64,000 nt of DNA from Hypanus sabinus. Lineage: Eukaryota. The stretch lies in assembly GCF_030144855.1 (NCBI RefSeq), contig NC_082714.1:94178001-94242000 (forward strand). The letters are read 5' to 3'. The stretch's first letter is position 1; each line of letters starts with the position of its first letter. Shown here in pieces: positions 51,601 to 63,249 of this stretch. Position numbers and translations under genes: made by a program. A model generated the notes under the pieces. It searched no databases, was not told where the DNA came from, and saw nothing but the letters and a program-made list of their open reading frames with translations.

Positions 51601-52299
51601 GTTATATAATTATAACAAATTTACCACACATTTTAAAATTTTGTGCCAGTTTATATCCATAAAGTAACTTCCCTTACTGGCTTAGTGGTTCTTTTTTGGT
51701 TTTTAAAGTGTCCCCATTCTTCCGTTTACTACTAGTCTGGGCGAATTTTTACGCACGAGCTTTTAACTAGTTGCCTTCTTTTACTTCCTTACTTATCCAA
51801 GGCTGGCTCTCCCACCCCTTAATTTTCTTACTTTTAGCTGGAATATAGTTTTGTCGAGCACCTCTTTGTTGAACTCGCTCTTACCTGTCTCGATGCCACA
51901 CATCGCTATCTACTTCCTTTTCTTTCCCTTTCGTGTGACCACTTGGTTTGGTATTAAATCCGCTGCTGCTGTTCACCGCATCCTGCGAGTTCCACATTGT
52001 TCTCTATCTGAAAGTTTTAAATAGTTCCTTATTTACACGTTGGATCTATCAGGGATTATCCTTACGACGACTCCTGCAACCCAGTCTTGCTGTCAGCCAC
52101 TATTTTCATGCTTATCAAAAACACACGATACACTGGGCAACAAAGGTTTTGCTTCTTGAATACCTTTAGGTGTATCCTATGAATTTTTGGCTACTGATCC
52201 TGAAGATAACAATGAAATTTCCCTATTACGCACTATTTTTAAAACAAATTATATTTATTATTTGAATATATAATTAATTCAATTAAAATGTTACTTGCA

Positions 52300-53091
52300 G
52301 TGTAAGTTGGAAAGTTTCCTATCTTGTCCAGGTATGTTTGGGCATGGTTAGACGGCGCGTCTGATGCATCGCAGGGCAGGTTTTAGCAATAATTATTGGG
52401 TTCAGGACTGTAAGGACTGTATCACCAGGCACAACAATTTCTATGAAGGATTTTAATATTGGAGACAGATGATTCCCAGAATAACTGATGATTAAGGAAA
52501 GCATTTTTGTTGGTCCACAAATCAAACAGGTCAGTAATGACAAGCAATTTGAAGAATTTCTAGTGGGAATGGAGAAAATCACATGGAAGGCATTCAAGGA
52601 AGTTGTTGAAGTTTCTCTCGGCATCTACAGAACACCAAACTACATGCAGCTGGTTAAAAGCATGCTTCAAGCAAATAAGACCTTGAAATACAGCATGTCA
52701 CGAAAGATTAATTTTCTGCATTCCCATTTAGACTTTTCCCCTGCAAATCTTATCTTGGTGCTGTTAGTGACGAGCATGGTGAAATGTTACACCAAGACAT
52801 TGTGGTCATGGAGAAAAGATACCAGGTAACTGGAATCCATCAACGTTGGAGAATTATTGTTGGACACTTAAGCGAGATGCCTTAGACACTGAGAACAAAT
52901 GAAAAACATTAACAAAATATGTTTTAACAGTTGAACTATTGCAAAGCATAAGCACCATTATGCAATCAAACACATTATATTCAATAAAAGTTAATTTGTT
53001 GTTTCTCCAAATTCCTACATGATAGAAGTATTCTGAAATTATACTTGTGTTCATCTTCAAGCAGTCTATCATAAACAAATTCAATTCTGAG
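52300..53091 (+). mobile_element. Chapaev3-like (CMC) DNA transposon, transposase C-terminal part; terminus resumes at about 55476-55512
   Basis: IKESIFVGPQI...WKAFKEVV..LG...NY.QLV..ML...MSRKINFLHSHLDF, then frameshifted GAVSDEHGE-like and RYQ motifs. The family name is from recall. Confidence 0.7.
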
Positions 53092-53136
53092 TGACAGAGT
53101 AGAGGGATAGTTGGATATGGGTATAGACGGTATCTG

Positions 53137-53520
53137 CCGCTGAAATTGCTTATGGACGTCCTGGAAGGATCCCATGGGACGTTATCAAACAGCCTCTCAC
53201 TCAAATTGACCTTAATGTCATGGGGGATGAATTGCAGAACTACATTCGCCAATTAACATCCTCTCTATAGTTTCTCCACTCCCAGGTAAAGAATAACCCT
53301 AACGATTATGGAGGGTAGGAAATGGAGTGGCCGGAGTAGAAATCTGGAGATTCAGTAATGATAAGGGATTGAGGGCATCCCAAACCAGGACACTGGTTGA
53401 AATGTCCAATCCAGATACGACTTCAAACGCCGACGGAGGTTAAGGTACAAGGCGAGGAACGTTGGATGTATCTTAGTGACTGTGAAAGATGGCTCCCTGG
53501 CTGCAATTAACCATTTATGG
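53137..53520 (+). pseudogene. pol: Retroviral pol 3' end (integrase C-terminal GPY/F-like region) with stops
   Basis: SAAEIAYGRP...NYIRQLTSSL*FLHSQVK...GDSVMIRD...CPIQIRLQTPTEVKVQGEERWMYLSDCE. Confidence 0.8.
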
Positions 53521-54887
53521 ACTATTTCTTTGTTGTGTGTTGCAATTGATTATTCAGAGGTCAACTTGTTTTTATCGAGCACACCAACGGCTGCATGGTT
53601 ACCATACAGCATGTTATCTTTTGGTCCAGTCTGCAGAACTGCTGTTTGTAGCTAACCCATCAGGCCTATTCTGGATAGAACATGAGCTAGTAGTGGAGGA
53701 CAGATCTGCGGCAGAATGTAAAGGGATAGAGGGAAAGCTTCGAAGAGGGACAAGGGGAAAATGTATTGAGGTAACAGGGGAAAACTATGTCGCGGACCCT
53801 GTGTGTTTGAGGCTCCGCGAACGGCATGGCGTGGGGGACAGGGAAGAATGGATACCGACTACTCGCTGTCGAAGCACCAAGGATTATCCCCTCCATTTCA
53901 CAGAAAGGGATGGGAATGCGCTTTCGCCAGAGTACCCCGGGAAATACCTTGCCTGATGAGACATTGTTTGGACCACTGATGTAAGATAGACAAGGGGATA
54001 TTCTCCTGCGAATGTATCCAAGAACAAACCGTGCCCCTCTCTGAGGGAAATCAGTATGTATGTGGATATTGTAATGGGACTCATGTGTCAGCTGGTTCAG
54101 GGATTTTTGAATACTCCTCCCTGTATCGCAAGGAGCGCTTACGGTAAGATAAAAAAATAATTCGAAATAATTCTTGCTACCGGGCCAAGACCGGATACAT
54201 GTTCCTGTTTAACGGCACCTATACTATGGACTCCACCACTGTACCTACCCACTTTGCGGTAGGAGCAATTGGACTAATCTCTGTTCTTGCCCACAGAAGG
54301 CCCATGTTCGGCGACGACTGACAGCTCCTGCCGTTAGTAAGGAATTCTGTGCTGACTGGAGGAATACTGTTACTCTGGGTTCTTCTCTGGTCTGTGGGTT
54401 TCTGAGCACTCTCTCTCTCTGGAGGTTTGGCAGGAACCATGGATGCAAAGAACCGTAATGAACTCATTGGTGGGCTAAGGGCATTGGGAAACAGTATGGT
54501 GGAAGGCCTGGAGGCTGTTAACAGAGAATTGATGGAGTTAAGACTGTACGCAGCACAAACCAGGTATGCAATGGATTATTATTTGGCCCAGCAAAGGGGT
54601 TGGGGAAAGGGGTATGCAGGGTCGAAAAAAATGCATCACCCACGTTACTGATGAATCATTCAATGTAAGACATGCCCGTCCAGTCTATTAAGAAACAAAT
54701 GGATGACTTCAAGCAGGATTCTAAGAAAGGGGATAATTGGTTAGGATGGCTGTTGGGAGGAACTTGTGGGTCTTATTTACTGCACGTGCTGATTGTTCTC
54801 ATTGTTATAGTTATTGTGTGCTGTGTGATAATGACTTGCCTAAATATTGACTGTGGAAATTTCACGGAAAGGCCCCCATTTCATTGA
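53489..54887 (+). pseudogene. env: Retroviral env (signal peptide, SU, basic cleavage site, ISD, TM anchor), frameshifted
   Basis: MAPWLQLTIYGLFLCCVLQ overlaps the pol end; VRRR at 54306-54317; LRLYAAQTRYAMDYYLAQQ ISD-like heptad; KKCITHVT; hydrophobic LLHVLIVLIVIVIVCCVIM. Confidence 0.85.
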
Positions 54888-54914
54888 TTATAATGATATG
54901 ATAAAATGAGGGAA

Positions 54915-55475
54915 TGATAGAGTAGAAGGATAGATAAATACGGGTATAGACTAAGAACAATGATTAGCCAATAATCAATACTGTCGCTGAGCAAATCAGA
55001 AAGAAACCCTACCCAGCAACAGGTGACGTGCTAGGCATTGATCTCAGAAAATGCTAAAGCACCTCAAGGTATAACTAAATATGGGAAAGATAGCGTAGCG
55101 GCCAGAACGTTCGACAGAAAGGTGAAGGTGTCAATATAAGGAACTGATGTTGTATCCAGGCTACCTTAAGCAGAAAATAAATATAACAAATAAATGATGA
55201 TTTTACATCTATTAGGTTATTAAAATATGGTCGGAACTATTAACATTTGATCGAAACTATTCCAAAACTGTCTTAACTCGCATAATAGTAAGATTTCCTG
55301 CATACGTGATGGTCAGTGTCGTGAAGACGTTTGTGTCTGACAGGCTCTTTCGAAGATCAATCGGCAACTTCCCCCGTAGCATGTTAAGAATAAAGAATAA
55401 ACTTTGATAAAATATTGTTTGTTTTATTGCGTTCGTTGTATTTGCGCTCTTGCATCGGGTCGATCCGCCTTGACA
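54915..55475 (+). mobile_element. 3' LTR of the ERV
   Basis: Purine tract aaaatgagggaa at 54903-54914, TG start, AATAAA at 55389 and 55396, ends ttgaca. Confidence 0.85.
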
Positions 55476-56139
55476 TGAGGAAGCAACACTTTTGAAAAAG
55501 ATGTTGTCCATGTAATCAGCAGGTGCTGGAAATCTGAAGCAGCACAAACATAATACTGGAGGAACTCATGAAGTTAGGCAGTATCTATGGAGATGCTCTG
55601 ATGAAAGGACAGAGCCCGAAATATCGACTGTTTATTCCCCTTCATAGGTACTGGCTGATCTGCTGAAATCGTTCAGCACTTTGTGTGCATGTTGCTCACT
55701 CCCATCAAACAGCTTGATAAAGTTGGTTTACTCTTTCTACTTTTTTTTCATTCGGTATCATCTCTAAGTTTTCGTACCGCCCTGATAAAACTCTTACGAA
55801 TGTACCTTTTCCAAAGCCTGAAATATTGTGTAGATCAGAACCAGAGAGCTTCATGGAAATACATTCAACATTCTTAATCTTCAATGAATTGGTGTTTTTT
55901 TTTTGGATAGTTGGGTGTGAGGTGTGGGTCGGCTAAGAAGGAGAAGCCTTGAGATGGAAAAATTATTAGCAATTCATTCTTTGATCCGGACGTTGATAAT
56001 AACACCGCCACCCCCCCCCCCCCCGCTTCAGACTGCACCTCACCAAATATAATAATACAGTGAATTAATTTGCAATCACTTTTGGCACGCTAGCTTTCAT
56101 ACACTCAATGGCCATTTTATTATGTGTACCTATTAAATG

Positions 56140-56420
56140 TTCACTAAGTGCATGTTCTTGAATTTTCAATCACTTGAGGATTCGACGTATTGTGCGTTCA
56201 TAAACGCTCTTTCGCACACCACTGTTGTAACGCGTGGTTATTTGAAATCTTGTCGCTTTCCAGTCAGCTTGAGCCAGTCCGGCTATTTTCCTCTAATCTC
56301 TCTCAGAAACAAGTCGTTGGCGCCCACAAAATTGCTGCACACTTGATGTTTTTAATTGTTTTCCTTTGCAGACTCCGTAAATTCTGGAGACTGTTATCTT
56401 TGAAAATGCTTGAAGATCAT
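56140..56420 (-). mobile_element. Tc1-like fragment
   Basis: Reverse complement of the cagactggttcaagctgac segment seen in the other copies. Confidence 0.65.
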
Positions 56421-57269
56421 TCTGTTCGGAAAGATGTTATTAAACCGCAAATAGTGCAGAAAAGGTTTGCAAGGATGTTAGAACTCGCGGGGCGACCTCC
56501 ATGTATAGGTTATACAGCACAGGATTTCATCCCTTAAATCGTGGGAGACTGAGAAATGCTCTTGGGTATAAAATCACTAAGTACAAACATGCAGTGAAAC
56601 TCTTAATTCACAGAATTAAATTATCAAGAAATGGAGGGCACAGGTGTCAAGTTATGGGGGAAAGTGAAGAGGAACATTATGGGCAACGTTTTACACAAAG
56701 GGTGGTACCTACGTGGAATTGGTTGATAGGGGTATAACATAAATATTAAAAGGACAGTTCAAAGCACATACACAGGAATTGTTGAAAAGGATATCGTTCA
56801 AGTTCAGGCAAGTGGGTCATATTTGTCTGGACCATCTTGATCAGCATGGATCAGTTGGACTGAAAGACTTGTTTCCGTGCTGATTCTCTGACTCTGCTTA
56901 TTTGATGGCTTTTTATGTAGCTCACAGGCATTTTTAATATGACCTATGCGAGATGTTTTGGACTTGATGACAATTTCTATGCATCCATTCTGAAAATGTG
57001 GGCAACTGTGCGGAGAGTCGGTCATGCATTTCCATAGCGCCTTTCATGTCCTGAATGCTGCCCAGAGATTTTTCATTTCTCCTACGTTTTCTGAGACCTG
57101 TGAGTCAATGGCAAGATCATGACTGGGTGACTGTTAAGAGAACTGTAAATATAAATAGTCAGTTAGCACAGAGCACCCCGTGGTTATTCTCCTTAATAAT
57201 AAGTATACCGTTGTGTCGGCTCACCTCCCAATAGAATGCCACGAAGACCGGGTTATTGGCACTGAGCAT

Positions 57270-57720
57270 GGTTCCATGGTTCAGAAGCGAAAGAGGAATA
57301 AGAGGGGATCGGTAGTGATAGGGGACAAAATGGCCATTGGAACAGACAGGAGTTTCAGTAGAGGTGAACAGGACATCCGTATGGTATGTTGCCTCTAAGG
57401 CGTTCAGGGACGTCTCGGATCGCGTATACAACATTTTGGAGAGCGAAGGAGAGCAGTCAGACAACTTCGTACCGATTGGTGCCAATGATATAGGAAAAGC
57501 GGAGAGCTCCTGACAAGAGAATTTAGAGAGCAAGGAGGAAGCTGAGAAGCAGGACCTCCCGGGTTGCAATTCCTGGAATGCTCCCTGTGCCATGCGCCAC
57601 TGAGGTTAGAAACAAAATGATTTGGCAAATCAATGTGTGGATGAAAAGCTGGTTTATTGCGAATGTCTTCAGGAACATTGGAATCTCTTCTGGGGGAGGT
57701 ATCACGTGCTCATAATAACA
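57270..57720 (+). mobile_element. CR1 ORF1 esterase fragment
   Basis: SVVIGDKMAIGTDRSF...RMVCCL. Confidence 0.75.
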
Positions 57721-57749
57721 TTGTGAGCTGCCTTACTGACTATCGCCCG

Positions 57750-58690
57750 GTATGACTCGCATCCACAGTGATGAAATGATGAAATGTCATGACTAGACTG
57801 ACCTCCTGCCTTACCAAGGACATGGAATTATTGCAATTTGCTTATCACTACAATAGGTCAACGGCAGATAAAATCTCAATGGCTTTTGACACGGCTTTAG
57901 ATCATCTGGAACAACACAGTCACCTATGTCAGGTTCTCTTCGTAGACTTTAGCTCAGCATTTAATACAATCATTTCCACAATCCTGATAGAAAAGTTGCA
58001 GAATCTGGCCCTTTGTACCTTCCTCTGCAAATGGATCCTCGATTTCCTAACCGAAAGACGACAATATGTGCGGATTGGTGGTAACATCTCCTCTTCACGG
58101 ACGATCAACACTGGTGCACCTCAGGGGTGTGCGCTTAGCTCACTGATCTACTCTACATATACACGTGGCTGCGTAGCTAGGCATAGCTCAAATACCATCT
58201 ATAAATTTGCTGACGATATAGCCATTATTGCTAGAAACTCAGGTGGTGATGATAGGGCGTACAGAAGTGAGACATGTCAACTAGTGGAGTGGGTCGCAGC
58301 AATAACCACGCCCTCGGCGTCAGTAAGGCGAAAGATTTGATTGTGGACTTTCGGAAGGGTAAACCGAAGGAACCCTTACCAGTTCTCAAATAGGGATCAG
58401 AAGTGGATAGAGTGAGAAGTTTCTAGATCCTGGGTGTCAAGATCTCTGAGGTTCTAACCTGGTCTCAACATATCGGTGCAGTTATAATGAAGGGAAGGCA
58501 GCGGCTCTACCTCACTTTAAGAGATTTGATAGACCACAAATGCACTGAACAACGTCTGTAAATATACCGTGGACAGCATTCTGACAGGTTGTAAAAATGT
58601 GTAGTTTTTTTTTTCCATATGAAGTATTGCTTTGAACTGCTGCTAATTTAATAAATTTCACGTCACATGCTTAAGCATGATTCTGATTTA
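57750..58690 (+). mobile_element. Rex1/Babar-clade LINE RT and 3' end
   Basis: ORF 57789-58340 LQFAY...LFVDFSSAFNTI...WILDFLT.R.Q...TGAPQGCALS...KFADD. Confidence 0.88.
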
Positions 58691-58739
58691 AAAGTGGTGG
58701 ATTGCATGTGAACCAAAGTTGGACCAATATTGTCGCAGC

Positions 58740-59630
58740 AGGTTTGTCGGAGCTGTTGGGACGGTTCAAACGTATTTGAGGGCGGGGAGGGGAGGTGGGA
58801 ATCTGATTAAAGGGATACAGGATGAAATGTATGATGAGAAATGAAAGATGGCATTCAGTTAGTGTGCAGGAAGGATATCCAGATGATCGGACATAATTAC
58901 AGACAGAAGGGTGATTATCAGTGCATTAGGAATGAATCTAAAAGGGTGACAAATACACCACTCTGTTTTTTATATCTCAATACACGGAGTATAAGAAATA
59001 AGGTAAATGATCTTGTTGCGCTATAACAGATTGTCAGCTATGTCAATTACATAATCGTGGCTGAAGAGTGGTTGTAGTTGGGAGAAGAATGCCAACGGTT
59101 ACACGTTGTATCGGAGGCGTACGAAGGTAGACACAGAAAGTCTCATGGTTGCGCAGGTAAAGAATGGCATTAAAATAGTGGAAAGATATGATTGAAAAAT
59201 GTTGAATATTTGTGGGTTGAGTTAAGAAACTGCAAGGATAAAAGGTCACTGATGGCAATTATATACAGGTCTCCCAACAGTCGCTGGGATGTGGACCATA
59301 GATTACTACAGAACTAGTAAACACGTGTCAAAAAGATAATTTGGAAAGTCATGGGAGAATTCAACATGCAGCCCGATTGGGAAAATCAGGTTAGAAAAGG
59401 ATCTCAAGACAGTGAGTTTGTTGAATGCCGACGAGGTGAATTGTTAGAGCAGTTTGTCGTTGAGCAAACGGAATCAACTATACTGGATTGGAGGTAAACC
59501 GGGGATGATTAGGGATCTTCAAGTAAAAGAACCCTTGGGAGTTAGCTATCACAATATAATTGAGTTCAACTTTAAATTTAGTAGAGGGAAAATAAAGTCT
59601 GACCTCGCAGTATTTCAGTGGAGTAAATGA
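58740..59630 (+). mobile_element. CR1-type APE fragment
   Basis: LYLNTRSIRNKVNDLVA (ORF 58841-59026). Confidence 0.75.
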
Positions 59631-61149
59631 AATTTAATGAATGAGCTTTCATTGAACTGCAGTTCAGTGAGGTTGGGCTTCTCCTATTCTATTTCTCCTC
59701 GTTGGATGAAACCCATATCCCACTAATTAATTAAACCATATTGTGTAGTCCCTGATGGATGTGTCTTCTATAGGAGACAGGCCAAAATAGGCAACAGTGC
59801 AGAATGAATGTAGTGAAAAGTGAACAACCGAAAGATAGTCATTTGGGAGCCCGGCAATGCCAGAGTGCTTCCGGGAGCATCTCCAATTAGCGACACACCA
59901 CCGCCATTTGTAAATAGGAAGAGCGATGTCTTCATTTAGTAAAGACCACGGTACTTTATATTTTCTTGTCACACGAGTGGATTGGTTGGTTGATTGGTCG
60001 AAGAACAATGAGTAATGATAATCATCAACTCAAGCCTAGCCGGAAAGTATGCAGATCCTAAGATCCCATTCGTCACGATCACCCTCTCACCTTTCCAAAG
60101 GAAAGCTTGTGAAACAATACGTCTGGCACGAGTTTGACTCCAGGAGATGCCGAGTATATTCAGTGACGTCCAGCCAGCTTAGGATCTCAACTATGGATTT
60201 GCTACTGTGTTTATTTCCGTAGCCTTCGTCTCTTCCAAGGCTGTCCACAAGGCCGTGGGGCTATTTACCCCGAGGTAGGGAGTCGATTAGTATACAGTAC
60301 TTATGAAGGTGCGTGTTGGCTTACTCACAGAGATGGAATTGGGTGATATGGAGAGCGCGGAAGGAAGGAAGATTGCAGACGGGGATAGTATTATTGTGGT
60401 AGAGAGTCGAGATAACTAATTATGTACGCCTGCTCATCCATACCTTTTTACCAGTGAGATCGAATCATGGATAGGTGTATAGCCGTCGGTGTTGAATTAT
60501 GGGAGTTTGGGTTTGAGAGCTGCAAAGCAGGTCGTTAATAAACTCGGACATTACCCTTCCCAATCAAACTCACACTGACCATTAGACACTGATCAATCCA
60601 GTTAATCCAACACAGTTGGGGGCTCATAGGGTTTAACAGCCAGGAGTCAGCTTGTGTCTATAGGTGGGGCTGATGCAGCTCTGGACCTCCTCATTTCTCA
60701 GTTGGGAACCGGGGTGCCTAGACTTCTTTTATAAAGCTACACTCACGCAAATTGCTGCTGAGATTTGTGTTCTTTGAGATGTCGTGCAGTTGGTGCGATA
60801 ATTGGGTCCCGGCGTGGAGGAGGCGTGAGAGGATGGTAGTGGTATCGGGAGGAGGGGTGATGGTGACCATTTTGAAGAGCACTGTAGTCTTCTTTCATTG
60901 AGGAAGTACAATTGCTGCAAGACGCTGAATCATATCACCTGATCCTGCATCTTCCTTACATTATTTAATTAGTTGTGGTTTCGTGACTTTTATTGAACTG
61001 CTACAAAAGCTATAACGGCCACGCAACGGTGACTCCTCACCGAAGCCTCTTGAGCCAAATTCGGTAAGCTTTGCCCTCTCCGCTGGTAAACTATACCGCG
61101 AAGCAACTCTTAGTCCTGCCTTTTTGGACCTACAACAGCTTCACATCTT

Positions 61150-61630
61150 GGTAGTGACATAAAGTTTGGTGATCGCGGACCCAACACAGTTTTATTGAGT
61201 CCTCAGTTTGTTATTCCGCACATCACTTTGGAAACACATGGTTATTTCATTTGTTGTCGCTTTCCTGTCAGCTCGTATCAGTACAGTCATGCTCCTCTAA
61301 CCTTTCTCATTAACAAGATGTTTTTGTCCACATAACTGTCGTTCACTGGCTTTTTTAAAAAAAATTCGCACCATTCTTTGTATACTTCAGAGAATTTTGT
61401 GCCAGAAAAATGCAGGCGATAAGCAGTTTCCGAGATACGCAAACCATGTCATGTTTAATGCCACTTAGATGACGTTTCTTCCTCATATTGCTGTTTGGTC
61501 TGAACAATAGACGAAACTCTTTAGCATGTCTGAATTCCTTTTTGGATTGATTGGCTGTCAAGGGACATGCTGATTATATATTTGCATTGACGATCAGCAA
61601 TAACTAATAAAGTTGGCACTGAGTGTATAC
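61150..61630 (-). mobile_element. Tc1-like fragment, paralogous to 1450-1950
   Basis: Aligns with 1450-1950, including the flanking non-Tc1 sequence. Confidence 0.75.
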
Positions 61631-61786
61631 ATTATTTATGACGTCCAAAGTATTACGACAATTGTGGCTGCCTCGGACTGTGCTGGTTGTTAAACCAACC
61701 ATTGCATTTCACTGTATGTGCCGATATATATGTGACAAATAAGACTAATCACTTCTTTGTCTTTGCTCTTTGAACGACACGATATA

Positions 61787-63249
61787 TTATGAAAGTAAGA
61801 CTAAACTGTTTGCTCGCACACGCACACAATTAAATCACGAAACTCCGTTCAATTTTAAGATGCTGTGGTATTTCTGGTGGTATCACTCTTTGTACTCCAC
61901 ACACTCCGGAGCAACATCCATTTGTGCAACACGCGACTGATTTGCATGATAGGAATCACGTGCAAGTGAAAGATACCATATAACGCACAACCACTTACTT
62001 GTTGCGATCCCTCGCAACACGTTTCGGGAAAGGATGGCGGAACAGCATCTTTTAGTGCCTGTTTCTTCTGTTCTGGGGTCGCTGTAGAAAGATCGTAAAG
62101 CAGTTAAATGCATGGAAGAATTAAAACGCATCAGGTTGACACCTTTCCTAGATGTCCAATGATAAATTTATTTTCCGAATCAATAATGCCACTGCAGATT
62201 TATTTTTCATTACACCAAATTAAGCATATCAGCTGCAATGCAAATAATTTTTTCTTAGTCTCAAACCATTCACCCCCACTGGAGTGCAGAACGCCGACAG
62301 ATCCTTCCTCTCCCATTGATAGGGTCTTTGGATCTTCCCTTGGCGTTTCTAAAGCTCTAGGGTTTACGGGTGGGGGATGCGAGCCCCATGCCCAAATCTT
62401 TTCTTTTGCAGCCCGGCTTGGGACCAACCATGGCGGAGTATTCAGTCTAAAATTCTTGTTACTGCGTCGGAAGTCGTACTCGGCATAAACGTTTAAATTG
62501 GCAGTGGAAAGGTGACTTTCTCCAAGTAAAATATGCCGTTTGGTAGCGATAGAAGGCAGCCATACAGGGGATGTAATCGGCAAACCAGGTTCAATGGCGC
62601 AGGTACCTGAGTTTCCCTTTCCTTATCACCTCTTAAGCCCCTGGAAACGAATTCGTAATACTTAAGGACGTTATATGGCGCACTTTCTATTGACATCACT
62701 GAAACAGAGTAATAATGGCAGAAGGGTATTGCGAATTCTCAAAAAGAAAGAATTCCTTTTACTTCCCCAAAAGCGGTCATGGGATTGATGTCCAATATAT
62801 ATGGAGACATAAGGTGAATATTGAATGCAGGGCTTCCACCGTTAAACGCGACATCAGTCACACGCTCCGTGGATGCCCTTTTGGAATTGCCGTCGGATTG
62901 CTGATATCCGATGAATTACTATTTTTGCTGATATTTTATAAATTATAATGAGGTTTTCAGAAACCAGCCGTAATTTCCAGAAATCGCATGGAAAAGTGAA
63001 GTGTATTCCTCAGACAATGCCGTGCATACAAGTCAGGCTGTTCATTCAGTAGACCCTCTAAAGCAGCAGTCTTGGACCCTGCAGTTCTTACCAGCGAAGA
63101 ACAGAAGAGGTTCAAACCTGCTGGAGTCTGCTTCCCTTCAATCACACTCCGCCTGTCTAGTAACTTAACTCGTTTTCCCTGATAACTTTACAAAACCACA
63201 TCTGAAAACGTGACATCTCCCATCCTTGAGATAAAACAAACACCCGGCC
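61787..63249 (-). pseudogene. Decayed long coding exon of an unidentified protein, copy B
   Basis: Acceptor ttttcttttaatttatgcag (AG at 63250-63251); MGDVTF...DRRSVIEGKQ..LNLFCSSLVR; ORF 62200-62583 PITSPVWLPS...NVYAEY...IWAWGSHPP...DPKTLSMGEEG; shared stop at 61787-61789. Confidence 0.65.

Larger units (their letters stand above)
48940..52200 (-). mobile_element. CR1-type LINE RT region interrupted by a solo LTR
   Basis: ORF 49718-50056 PISLISVV...QHGFSKGKSSLTN...DFQKAFDKVLH. Confidence 0.85.
53092..55475 (+). mobile_element. Internally deleted class I-like endogenous retrovirus
   Basis: 4-bp TSD tgag at 53088-53091 and 55476-55479; 37-bp 5' LTR stub matches the 3' LTR start at 31/37; integrase C-terminus, env, PPT and LTR follow in order. 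Confidence 0.9.

Noticed and set aside
62108-62488. + strand ORF (and its paralog 2413-2649) as the real product of the duplicated region
   Set aside because: The conserved splice acceptor, the shared stop and the clearest silent-site bias elsewhere in the alignment all lie on the - strand; not fully excluded for this sub-segment.
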